64,000 nucleotides of DNA from Eledone cirrhosa (GCA_964016885.1 OZ024743.1:296670001-296734000); one strand, 5' to 3'; shown: positions 13,458 through 25,229, counted from the stretch's first letter. Notes: generated from the letters alone by a model not told the origin. A program made the numbers and translations.

Positions 13458-14660
13458 GGGAGGATCGTAGAGGCAGAGTCCTCAAACACAACTTACACCA
13501 GGTTCTCTAAAGAGCAACTATCTCCAATTGATCCAGCTGGATCTCCAAGCGAAACCAGCTGAGCTCGTAAATGTTATCCAACCATCTTGCTGAGAGTCTA
13601 CCTCTGGATCTCCTGCTGGTTGGTTCTGCCTACAAAATTTGTCCAGAGATTCTTTCCTGAGGCATTCTAACCATATGTCTGTAATATCGGGGCTATGATA
13701 TCTCAATTCAGAGAAATAGTGACTCTACTTGGAGCAACTCTCTGATCTTTGAGCTATGTTACTCTATAAAGTAACATTACTCCAGAGACCCTTTGGAGTA
13801 ACCCCATTTCGGCCGCTCGTATTCATGATCGTATTCTTTCATTACCCAAGATTCATGACCATAGGTAAGGTATTACTGCACAAGCTCCTGCAATTGTTGC
13901 ACTTAATTCAGCCTTCCTGCCTTCCATCACTTGTGAGCACGACCCCGAGATACTTGAACTTTTTGACCTGCTTCAGTAGAGCTCCATCCACTGTGCATGC
14001 TTCCTTGAGAGGACGTGTGTCTCAGTCTTTGCAGCACTGATTATCATTCCTGCCGGGCAGCACTCAGCAGCGAACCTATCAATTGCATGCCAGAGATCAC
14101 CTTCTACCAAGTTAAGTAGTATCATGTTGTCTGCAAATTCCAACTGAATGATCCTGCACCCACCTGTCTTGATACCACTTCCAACCCAGCTGCACACTTC
14201 AATCCTGTCCATGAAGATTATAAACATGAAAGGTGACTAGGCACCCTTGGTAGAGTCTGACACCTTCATTGAATGGTTTCAACTTAGCACCATATATCCA
14301 AACACAAATACTAGGGCATTTGTATAGAGTATTCACGACAGTGAAAAGCTGCCCATCAATCCCATGCTCCTGCAGGTCCCATGGAACACGGCTATATGCT
14401 TTTTTGAGGTCTACAAAACAAGCATACAACTTTTTACAATATGCCCCAGTGTGAATATTGGGTTAGCTGTGCTGCGTTCAGGGCAAAAACCAGTTTGTTA
14501 GCTAGCTTTGACTCAACAGTATCCTTACAACTCTTTGCCAGCCACTTAGCAAAGACTTTATGAGGCAGGCTTAACAAAAGGATTCCTCTATATTTGGAGC
14601 AATCTTACTTTTCTCTTTTTTTTTGTAAATTGGGTTATCACTCCCTATTGCCATTGCTTA
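13458..14660 (-). mobile_element. RTE-group LINE of a different lineage (Expander/Rex3-like); related fragment at 58560-58915
   Basis: Motifs YACFVDLKKAYSRVP, LFIIFMDRI and LEFADNMILL...ISAAKTE. Confidence 0.8.
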
Positions 14661-14770
14661 GATGCCTTTCCAGAGATCCAGGTCAAGCAGCACACACACA
14701 CACATATATATATGTGTGTAAATATATATGAATATATATATATGTATATATGCCAGTACAGCTTGAGTGA

Positions 14771-14820
14771 AAGTCACTGATGAAATATTAACTAATCCTG
14801 AAACAGCGCTGTCTGACATT
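14771..14820 (+). ncRNA. Type I hammerhead ribozyme motif
   Basis: gtca-CTGATGA(14777-83)-weak stem II-GAAA(14800-03)-palindromic stem III ACAGCGCTGT-C17(14813)-tgac. Stem I is gtca/tgac and the cleavage triplet is GUC. Confidence 0.8.
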
Positions 14821-15095
14821 CTCAACCATACTGGCAACTCTGATATATTCACAAAGGAAAATAGAGAAAAATAATTTTTTTGTTAGGAAAAAATATTTTT
14901 CTTTGATTGCAAAGCTACCCATATGTTTATTGTATATAAATGTATAGTATACTTTTACATATATTTTCACATACACTCCTATTATGCTTGAACACTGTCT
15001 TAGTGCTACTGTTAATTAATTATGAACATTTTCAGCAAATGTCCACGCAAATTTCTATATAAACTCTACTCTATTTCCATGCCAGTACTAGGTGA

Positions 15096-15143
15096 GTGTC
15101 ACTGCTGAAAAATTAACACATTTTGAAACTGTGCTATCTGACA
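15096..15143 (+). ncRNA. Degenerate type I hammerhead, direct-repeat copy of the 14771 motif
   Basis: tgtca-CTGCTGA(A6>C)-aaaat/atttt stem II-GAAA-ctgtgcta-TC-tgaca. Confidence 0.6.
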
Positions 15144-16390
15144 TCTCTGACATGTTTATGGAAAAAAATGATTTTTTCGTTATGTCTGCTGACCACTATT
15201 TTCCGTCTACAGGGTTTTTTACCTGATTTTCTCAGCTATTTTTTAAAGCAATAGACTGTGTTTACAATTATTTTCTGAGTTAGAGATCAATACTTTTTCT
15301 AAAAATTTCAATAAACTCAAAGCTCTGATAGTTTATGTTCAATATATATATATATTTTATTATTGCCAGTATCATAATTATGGTCATCATTAAAAATGAA
15401 AAATAAAACTATAAGACCTACAAAATGACACATTCAAGTATTTTTGTTTTGAAAAAAACAGATGACATAGATGGTCTCTTTTTGCTATGCAAAGGCAAGT
15501 CCACTTCTCCTTTGTGGGCAACATAATAAAATGCACCCAATACACTCTGTTAAGTAGTTTGCACTCTAATTGGAAACAACATAAGGTGCAGAGGATTCAT
15601 TTGTCTTAGCAAGAGCATGATGGCCTCTCGATTGATGATCCCATGATAAAAAGCAACTAGTACATTCTGTTAAGTGGTTAAAAATCAAACAGAGGTATTG
15701 TAGTGTAGAGAGCTCTTTTACCTCTCTAATACTGGTACTATGATAAAATGCATCCAGTACACTCTGCTACATGGTTGACAATCAATTGAAGACATATAGC
15801 AGAGAGGGCTCTTTAATTGTGTCAAGGACATGACAACCTTTGAGGCTGGTGCTTTGATAAAATGTCATCCAATTCACTACATTAAGTGGTTTGTGTTAAA
15901 AAGACCATCCAGCCACAAAAACTATATTGAAAATTGGAATGTACAAGCAAGATATGGTCCTTCATCTTATTTAGTAGGGCAGAAATATCAAATAAGACCT
16001 GATTCAGACTAACAGCCCATCCAGCTCATGCCAGTATGGAAACCAGACATAAAATGATGATGAAACTAGTTACATTTTTAAAGATTAAAACCTTAAGTGA
16101 TTGCTTAAAGCTCTGCTCTTATGCATGTATAATCTTAGTATAACAACACAATATTTATATATCATTTATTATCAAACATCTATCTAGTTTCAGTCATCCA
16201 TCTTGGAAAATGGATGTATATTACGAAATCTAAAATTTTTTTAATATTTATGATTTTTTATTTCTTATTTTTAAGTTTTGTTTCATACTTTTTTTTATTT
16301 GAGAATGGAAGTTCTTTGGAAATTTGAAAGATAATAGCTACTCTAACAGACTGAAACAATGCCTTTATAAAATTGAGAAAATATAAATTA

Positions 16391-16434
<44 letters not shown>

Positions 16435-16529
16435 AGTCTGCTAATATGCAAATCAGGCCGATCAGTCACTGTATATTTTAGAAAATAGCATATATTTTCA
16501 CAAGCTCTGACAGTTGGCAGGTAAAGAGT

Positions 16530-16579
16530 GAGCTGTACTGATGAAGGGTGATACCCAGAAACATTAGTGTCTGCAGTTC
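16530..16579 (+). ncRNA. Type I hammerhead ribozyme motif
   Basis: Stem I gagctgta/tgcagttc (8 bp including G-U), CTGATGA 16538-44, stem II gggt/accc, GAAA 16558-61, stem III ACA-ttag-TGT, GUC cleavage at 16571. Confidence 0.82.
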
Positions 16580-18070
16580 TGTTTACATGCCAACACGAGC
16601 AAGAATGAAGGGTTCATTCTACTGACATGGCTTTAAAAATGAGGCTTGTTTGCATAATTGCAAACGAATCGAATGTTATTATTAATATTCAAAAAACTTA
16701 GATTACATTTATATATATATATATACACACACACACTCACACACGTGCACAAGCATATATATATATGTTTATGCAAGGAATTTTGGTTTTCTAATTAAAT
16801 TTTTTTTTTTTTTTTCTTGTTTAATTTTGCTATGAGAAGCACCAACACTGCTGCTATACTGTAGAGTAGAAATAATCTAGATTTTATCAGTCTATTTGCA
16901 GACATGATTACTTGTTAATAATAATAACAATAATAATAACAATAACAGTTATTATGACAATAATTATGATGTTCTTATAGCATGCACTGTTTTTGTATGC
17001 AGATGACATTGGACTGAGCTCACGTAAGTGTCTTGACTAAAACTCATTTTCTTTATTTTAAACCTGTCTGTTTGTCTATCTATCTATCTTTCTTTCTTTC
17101 TCACAAACTTCTTTTTTCTTTTTTTTGCTTCTTTCTCATTTTAATTGGTGTTGTGGTTGGTGTTGTTGTTGTGATTGTTATTGGTTTTGTTATTGGTGGC
17201 AGTTTCCTGACTTTTTGTTTCTTATATGGCATAGTCGTATCTTTTGTTGTTGGTGATGTTGTAATATGTCCCCACCCCTCTAGTTTGCCTTGCTTCACTG
17301 CCCCACACCATCAAACATCAAATGTTGATCAAAATAACTAAAAGTATGTATTTTTTCTTTAGTTTTCTTTTTTTTTTTTTTTGTTCCTCCTTTAGAATAA
17401 TGGTAGAGATTTTTGCATTAAAACCAGGGTATATTCAGATCATGAGTTCCAAACTTCAGGTAAATTTACCTGAGTCAGGGGCTAAATGTGCTGATTCTGG
17501 ATTCATACATAATTTTTCACTTATAATTAAAAACAATCTGAAGTTAAGAATAAAATTTGAAGCAGATCTATTTTGTTTATTAAAATACTAATTTATTTTC
17601 TTTCTGTTGTTTTTGACTTAAAGAACTGTATTTTATATTTTTAAATTACTGTGTACCCACCAATATAGTAGTCTAATTCAGAGGTGACTAACTCTTTTAA
17701 GAAAAAATATATACCAAAGTAGAAAGAAAACATCAACGTGGCTGAACAATTGTCTGTAATTCTACCTTTTTTGTCTGAGTTTCAAAATGTCCCTTTTGTT
17801 GGTCACTGCATTATGGTAGAGATGCTAACTCAAATTACTGAGAATAGAGTTGGAGGTAAAGTTACTTTTGAAACTTTGCCATGGGATAAACAGAAGAAAA
17901 AAGGTTAAGAAGCCCTGCATTATGTTATATGATTCAATTACTCTGAATAAGATATTTATGAATGTTGTATTGGAATTCGTTGAGTAGGCAATTAATTATA
18001 GATACAATCTTCCCATAAGTTTTATAAAAAATAAACTTTCACAATATGCCATCTTGGCAAAAATGGGCGT

Positions 18071-18105
<35 letters not shown>

Positions 18106-18295
18106 TTATTTATTTAGGTTTGTTGGTTTACCACTGGATAGAACTGGTCATTCCGTATGGTCAACCTCGATGTAATATTATGGAAAGCACTCAACGTAAT
18201 GCAACTCACCCATCTTCGTTTGTGTTGTGTGTGGTGCGAGTACGAAGTTAAACATTATAAAATAACAGGAGGTGTAAATCCTTAAAAGGTTTATT

Positions 18296-18353
18296 ATACT
18301 ATGATCATTTGAATGACCGGGTTCAGTATGGATCCGGTGACATCATCAGGTAT
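18296..18353 (-). ncRNA. Inactivated type I hammerhead (G12 lost)
   Basis: Minus strand reads atac-CTGATGA-stem II (accgg/ccggt)-cAAA-ATGATCAT palindrome-A-gtat. Confidence 0.6.
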
Positions 18354-18577
18354 TCAAAATATAACAAAGGAATATAATAGACTAAATCCATGGGGCTGAA
18401 AATCAGAGACATGAGGGCAACCGAACATTTAGCAGCTTCTACCCCGGTCGGCTGCTCTCAAGTATATATATATACACACACACACACACATAATGTACAT
18501 GTATGTATGTATATATATATGAAGAAAAACAGTGAAGTTTCGTTTACATGTAATTAGTTTGTTATTGTGTATTGTTA

Positions 18578-18664
18578 CCTGTTAACGTGTGTTTCGCAGA
18601 GGATTAGCTCAGGGACACCCGTAGAAGTTATGGACCCAACTATTTATCTGCTCTTCAGACTGGC
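18578..18664 (-). ncRNA. Degenerate type I hammerhead with long stem II
   Basis: Minus strand reads ccagt-CTGAAGA-GCAGA...TCTGC-GAAAC-acac-GT-ta-acagg. Stem III could be a CpG-decayed ACGCGCGT. Confidence 0.6.
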
Positions 18665-19144
18665 AATTCAACAAAAAATACAGTGTTTGTTGTGATTTGT
18701 GAGGTGATGCGTATATATAAACGTCAGCCCTATTCCTTTTCATGTATGTGGGTATATGTAAGTGTTTGAGTGTATAGGTAGGGCTATTCATGTGCATATA
18801 TATACATATTTTCGTGTGTGTGTGTGTGTGCGCGCGCACATATGTGCATGCGTGTTTATGCCTTTGTTTTAATTGGCGTGTTTATATGTGTGTGTGTATG
18901 TATAGTGTTAGGACTGGCATTGTCAACTGGACATTCATAGTGTTGTTTTTGTCAGGTAGTGTGGAATTCATAAACAGGAAGTAAAAACCATGCCCGTTCA
19001 GTGGGGTCTATGGAGCTAAGTACTGTTTAGTATTTGTGTCATGCTATGATGACCCCATAATCATCACTAAACAGACTACAGTAGCTATAACCTCCAGTGA
19101 ATGAATTTATCCATACTGAGTTTAATAATAATAAAAATAATAGT

Positions 19145-19337
19145 AATAATAATTGTTTCTACTTTTTGACACAAGGCCAGCAATTATCCCTGCGCATTAC
19201 TGGTACTTTACTTTATCGACCCCATAAGGATGAAAGGCAAAGTTAACCTTGGCGGGATTTGAACTCAGAATGGCAAGGGCCGTAACTCTATGCGTCAAAG
19301 CATGGCGTCCGACCCTCTACCGATACTGCCAATCCAC
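19145..19337 (-). mobile_element. Second tRNA-derived SINE family (gcctttcatcct...gataaa core, (TAT)n tail), young copy
   Basis: Near-identical copies at 21068-21257 (+), 55039-55217 (-) and 59992-60180 (-). Older copies near 1735-1950, 4655-4850, 31760-32170, 34828-35208 and 52170-52380. Confidence 0.88.
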
Positions 19338-21720
19338 ATGTAGAAACAAAAGAAAATTTACTTTATGGAAGCAATGTATATTGATTAATATTTTATCTAA
19401 AGAAGGAAAAATTATTGATTCTTTCAAAAGAGATGCTATTCTAATATCAAGTAGTTGTACTGAATATGTTTCTGGTACTTGATCTTTACAGGAATATCAA
19501 CTTAGTATTTAACAAAAGGCATTTCTCTTTTTTTTTTATTGAAAGGTTAATATTATTAACATTAATCTGTTGATACTAGCCCAGCCAAAACTGGCTCTAG
19601 TTTAATGAAACTAAACAACCAATACACACACATATCATCATCATTGTCATCAATTTTCCTTGCTTGCCAAAGTTACACCGTTTATCACATTCTGAGACAA
19701 AACAAGTTAGATATATCTTGATCATATGTCCCCTTCTGGCATGATTTCTAGAGCTGAATACCCTTCTTAATGCCAACCACTTCACAGCATGTAACGTGTG
19801 TATTTTATGGTGGCACTGCCACTAACACCTAATAAGGTGGCTGAAGTGATTTTTATCATGGCACCGGCTGGGATACATGCTGGGAGCATTATATTGTGGC
19901 ACCAGCACTACCACTTATCAATGTTAGGGTGCTTGTTGTATCATCCTCAGCCAGTCTATGAAGGCAGTGATAGGTGTGAGGAAGATAAGAATGAGAGACA
20001 AGATACATTTTGCTTGCCAAGGTTTAAAAGGGGGGTAGCCTGCAAAGGGAAGGGAATAAGAGGGGAAGGTGGCCTTAAAGAGAGTGAGTGATGTTGATGT
20101 GGTTGGCCAGGGTAGGAATGTATTGAGAGGAGGAGTTAGCTACATTTCCTTGCTAAGGAATATATGTGTCTGGAGGTATGGTGGGGGTGTGTCCTTTTTT
20201 TCCAAATTGATATGGTTGGCTAAAGAAGTTGGAAACAGGTATGTGATAGAGGATAGTCATGACATAAGGGGGTGAATAGGTGACATCTAGCAGTGCCTTG
20301 CAGGAAGTGCATCTGTCTTTCCATATTGGCACAAGTTGGGTGAGAAGAGTGGAATAATTAATGTGAATGTAATGGAAGGCTAGTTAGAGGAAGGGAAAGA
20401 CAATGTGTGGGAAGGAGAGTGAGTGTGAAATATATATAAGCAAATGTACAAATATTGTTGCTGCTTCATGGCAAATGAATTACTACAGAAGAAGGTGAGG
20501 TACATGCATTGAAGGAGTGAGTCTAACTCATTTGGCTCATTCAATTGCAGTGAGTAGGGAATTTGATCATGAACCCAGAATACCAAATATTTTCACTGCT
20601 ATGGTTCAACAAGAACTCTATTATTGATTATACATGGAACATTTCTTCAAAGTTTGATTTACTCCCTCTTGTTTCCATGTTTATAAAACATACTTTTGGC
20701 CATATTTAGGAATAATTTTGATCTGTTTTTCTGTTTAATCTCAGTTGATTTCTTTTTATGAAGAGACAATGTACGTATGTATGTGACATCATCATCAGCA
20801 GCATTTAACATCCGTTTTTCCATGTTAGCATGGGTTAGATGACTTGTCCTGTTGTGAGCCATGTCAGCTCAGATGACAGTGTCTTGCTCATACAGAGCTG
20901 TTTCTAGTTTGGTTTCTACAGTTAGATGCCCCTTCCTTACGCCAACCACATTTACAGCGTGGACTGGGTGCTTTTCCCACTGAATGGAAAAAGATGGGTA
21001 TCAGCTCCCATGTGTGGTGATACTAATCTTTTTCTATTCAGTGAGTTTATAAGCCCCATTATTAGATTAGGGGAATTGGCAGTATCGGTAGAGGGTCGGA
21101 CGCCATGCTTTGCAGCACAGTTACATCCCTTTACGGACTGAGTTCAAATCCCGCCGGAGTTAAATTTGCCTTTCATCCTTACGGGGTCGATAAAATAAAG
21201 TACCAGTAATACACTGGGATAATTGCGGGCCTGTGCCAAAAGTAGAAACAATTATTAGATTATATTATATAGTCAATGTTATGGTGAAGCTTCTATTTCT
21301 ATTATAAAGTATGTGTATGTGTGTGTATATTCATGAGTATGTACATGTCTGTGTATGCAAACTTTGTAATATCCTTTCCCCTTCACTCAGCTGCATGTTA
21401 TGTGTTTCTGTTTAACACCAACCAACCAACATCACCCATGGAACACACCTAATATGTTAACCTTGGTCTCTCTGGAAAATAATAATAATAATAATTATCC
21501 TTAATTGTAATTAATATGTTTGGCTTTAATGGTCGGAATGCTATGTTTTTTTTTTTTTTTGTTTTTTTTTTTTTTATATTTCACTGGTCAAGTCTTATTT
21601 TCATTATTATTGATGTTGTCTTTTTCTGTTCACACAATTTGTGTGTGTGTACACGTGTGTGCGTTGGTGTGTGAGTACATGTGTGTGTGTGTTTGTATGT
21701 ATATATGCATATGTATATAT

Positions 21721-22055
21721 GGAGGCACATGGCTTAGTGGTTAGAGCATTGGCCTTGCAATCAAAAGGTTGTGAGTTCAATTCTCAGACCGGGTGGTGTG
21801 TTGTTTCCTTGAGCAAGACACTTTATTTCACATTGCTCCAGTTTACTCAGCTGTAGAAATGAGATGATAGAACTGGGGTCCCTATCATTCCACTGTAAAG
21901 TGGACATGTAGGCGCCACGGAAAAAAAGCACCCAGCACTCACTGTAAATGAGGTTGGTATTAGGAAGGGCATCCAGCTGTAGAAATCAAGCCAGAATGAG
22001 TTCCCGTCCCACCCTTGCAAGCAGGGAAAAGCGGACGTAAAATGATGATGATGAT
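21721..22055 (+). mobile_element. tRNA-head, CORE-like SINE with RTE-derived tail
   Basis: Pol III A box (tggcttagtgg) and B box (gagttcaattc), ccttgagcaagacactt, and (GAT)n tail. Near-identical copies elsewhere in the window. Confidence 0.9.
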
Positions 22056-22202
22056 ATGTACATATGTATATGCATATGTATATATGCATATATATAATGT
22101 ATATATATGCATATATATGTATATATATATATATATATGCATATGTATGTATATAACCCATGCTAGCATGGAAGATGCACGTTAAACGAAGATGATGATG
22201 AT

Positions 22203-22249
<47 letters not shown>

Positions 22250-22726
22250 TATGCATATGTACATGTATATATATATATGTGTATATATATATATATGTAT
22301 ATATATCATCATCATCATCATCATCGTTTATGTACATATATATGTATATATATATATATATATATATTTTACCCTTTGTCTATTTTTATTCATATGTTGA
22401 TGTTCGCAAAAACGCAGCACACCATTCTTCATTCATATATATATGTATATATATATATATATATACACTGTAAATGTGGTTGGTGTTAGAAAGGGCATCC
22501 AGCTGTAGAAAACCTGCCAGATAGTCCTATATGAGCGAGACACGGTCACCCGACCAGCCTTGCCTCAAGTGGGACAACTCCCGTCTAACCCATGCTAGCG
22601 TGGAAAATGGACGTTAAACGAAGATGATGATGATGATGATACATATGCATATGTATATATATATATATATCTATGAATTAGTTTTGCGAGGTTTTTTATA
22701 TGAAATCGTGTGTCGAAACAAATATT

Positions 22727-23050
22727 GTTATACTTGGGGAGAGTCATATTTGTGTAATATTGCCAGAATTAATAACAGAACACACTCACTGTTTGGTTGG
22801 TTTTCGCTTCTCGCTTCTGTGTCTTTTATATCGGTAATCTAACTTACTCGGTCCTCAATGTTGCCATTGACTGACCGACGGTCAAAAATTTTTGACCGTC
22901 GGTTAGTCAATGGCAACATTGAGGACCAAGTAAGTTAGATTACCGATATAAAAGACACAGAAGCGAGAAGCGAAAACCAACCAAACAGTGAGTGTGTTCT
23001 GTTATTAATTCTGGCAATATTACACAAATATGACCCTCCCCAAGTATAAC
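22727..23050. repeat. 324-bp spacer-less palindrome
   Basis: 162-bp arms centred on AAAAA|TTTTT (22888/22889), with 3 mismatches seen. Confidence 0.97.
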
Positions 23051-23590
23051 TATATATATATGTATATATGTTGGTACCACAACATCCAGTCCAAAACAAA
23101 TGAGATCGTGTAGGTAACACGGTAAAAACCTTCCAGTCCACACTGTAAACGTGGTTGGTGTTAGGAAGGGCATCGAGCCGTAGAAAACCCGCCAAACAGT
23201 CTTATACGAGCAGGACAACCAATCTTGCCTCAGGTGGGAAAACTCCCGTCCAAACCCATGCAAGCGTGGAAGATGGACGTTAAACGATGATGATGATGAT
23301 GATGATAGATATATATATGCATATGTATATATGCATATGTTTATATATATATATATGCATATGTATATATATACACTATTTACGTATCGAGAAAGAGAAA
23401 AAAGGGGAGGATAGGTGATACATATAGTTATTTGCCAAGTAGCGTATGCCAAAGTTGCTCGATACTAGTGCCGGCAGTATTAAATATTCGAAGTGTTAAT
23501 ATTTAGAGGGCTAGAGAGTTAGCAGAGCGTAAGCACGTGGGAAAATAAAAAATCGGAGAATAGACCGTTAAAACATGTTTATTTAAAACA

Positions 23591-23633
23591 GCACCTACGT
23601 ACGCTTCGCCCAGTTGGGCTTCTCAAGGGCATA
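23591..23633 (-). ncRNA. Hammerhead variant (U3-A8 core), left arm of fold-back
   Basis: Minus strand reads tgccc-TTGAGAA-gccc aact gggc-GAAG-cgtacg-TA-ggtg. Confidence 0.5.
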
Positions 23634-23733
23634 AATAATGAAAAGTGTTCCTTATATTGCTCGGAAAGAGTTTTTGGGGTTAAATCCACATCAAGGTTAT
23701 TCCGAGCAATATAAGGAACACTTTTCATTATTT

Positions 23734-23776
23734 ATGCCCTTGAGAAGCCCAACCTGGCGAAACGTACGTAGGTGGT
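23734..23776 (+). ncRNA. Hammerhead variant (U3-A8 core), right arm of fold-back
   Basis: TTGAGAA 23740-46, stem II gcc/ggc, GAAA 23759-62, palindromic stem III ACGTACGT, GUA site at 23770, short stem I. Confidence 0.6.
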
Positions 23777-24104
23777 GTTTTAAATAAACATATTTTAACG
23801 GTCTATTCTCCGATTTTTTACTTTCCCATATATATATATATATATATGCATATGTATATATATATATATATATATATGCATATGTATATATATATATATA
23901 TATATGCATATGTATATATATATATATATATGCATATGTATATATATATATATATGCATATATATGCATATGTATATATATATGTATATGCATATATATA
24001 TTTATATATGTATATATATGTATATGCATATATATATTTATATATGTATGTATATATATATATATATATACATATGTATATGCATATGTATATATATATA
24101 TATT

Positions 24105-24139
<35 letters not shown>

Positions 24140-24150
24140 ATATACATATG

Positions 24151-24183
<33 letters not shown>

Positions 24184-24197
24184 GCATATATATATAT

Positions 24198-24512
24198 ATA
24201 CAAATTAATATAAATTAATATACGATAAACACTAATACAATTATATAAGTGTTTGTATTGCAAATGACCAAGTTAGCTAGATTGAAAAACACTAATTAAA
24301 ATTAATACAGTTTGCCTGTCTCAATTTAAAATAATAAATCAATAAAAACAAACCCATATTGGCTATTGCCAATTATTATTTTAAATCAAGACAGGCAAAC
24401 TGTATTAATTTTAATTAGTATTTTTCAATCTAGCTAACTTGGTCATTTGCAATACAAACACTTATATAATTGTATTAGTGTTTATCGTATATTAATTTAT
24501 ATTAATTTGTAT
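24198..24512. repeat. Inverted repeat, about 139-bp arms and about 36-bp spacer
   Basis: 24198 to about 24336 versus about 24373 to 24512. Confidence 0.95.
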
Positions 24513-24686
24513 TTCACGGCTCAGAAATATCTCTTTCTTTGAGCTATTTAATTGTAAAAGACTGTTTGAGTTTATAACTCTATATATAGTATATATATAT
24601 ATATATATGCATATATAGTATATATATATATATGCATATGTATATATATATATATATGCATATATATATATATATATATGCATATG

Positions 24687-24722
<36 letters not shown>

Positions 24723-24793
24723 TGCATATGTATATATATATATATACATGTATATGTATATATATATAAGCATATGTATATATATATATATAT

Positions 24794-25009
24794 ATAATAT
24801 AAGATCAAAAGATGGTTAAAGGAGTTCCATATATTTTATTATGCGCATTTCAAAAACAAACATCATCAAGCAATAATATTTGTGTTTTCATCAGATAAAA
24901 CAGGAGAACATGATATGAAGGCTAAAAAACACTTGTGGATAGTGCAGTTTTAAATCAACCATAATAAAATATATGGAACTCCTTTAACCATCTTTTGATC
25001 TTATATTAT
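24794..25009. repeat. Inverted repeat with 50-bp arms around a hammerhead
   Basis: 24794-24843 versus 24960-25009. Confidence 0.93.
24832..24902 (-). ncRNA. Type I hammerhead ribozyme motif, intact
   Basis: Minus strand: 8-bp stem I tgttttat/ataaaata, CTGATGA, 16-bp stem II (one mismatch, GCUU loop), GAAA, palindromic ATGCGCAT, AUA site at 24840. Confidence 0.85.
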
Positions 25010-25229
25010 GCATACTCCAGTCCCACAAACTGTAGAGTGCTTCTTATCCGATATCTGCATTGCTTTATTGTACTACAATAAAACTCACCTCCTACATATA
25101 TATATATATATATGCATATGTATATATATATATATATATGCATATGTATATATATATATATATATGCATATGTATATATATATATATATATATATATGCA
25201 TATGTATATATATATATATGTGTAGATAT

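Larger units (their letters stand above)
23538..23828. repeat. Inverted repeat, about 129-bp arms and 33-bp spacer
   Basis: 23538-23666 versus 23700-23828. Confidence 0.95.

Noticed and set aside
17033-17341. Hydrophobic 102-aa membrane-like ORF
   Set aside because: Low-complexity (GTT)n and T-rich intron sequence with no splice or homology support.
18420-18462. Minus-strand cttgag-agcagc...gctgct-aaa hairpin
   Set aside because: Too degenerate (no GAAA, no stem I) to call a hammerhead.
21721-21795. tRNA gene
   Set aside because: The A and B boxes belong to a multi-copy SINE head that runs straight into CORE-like and RTE-tail sequence.
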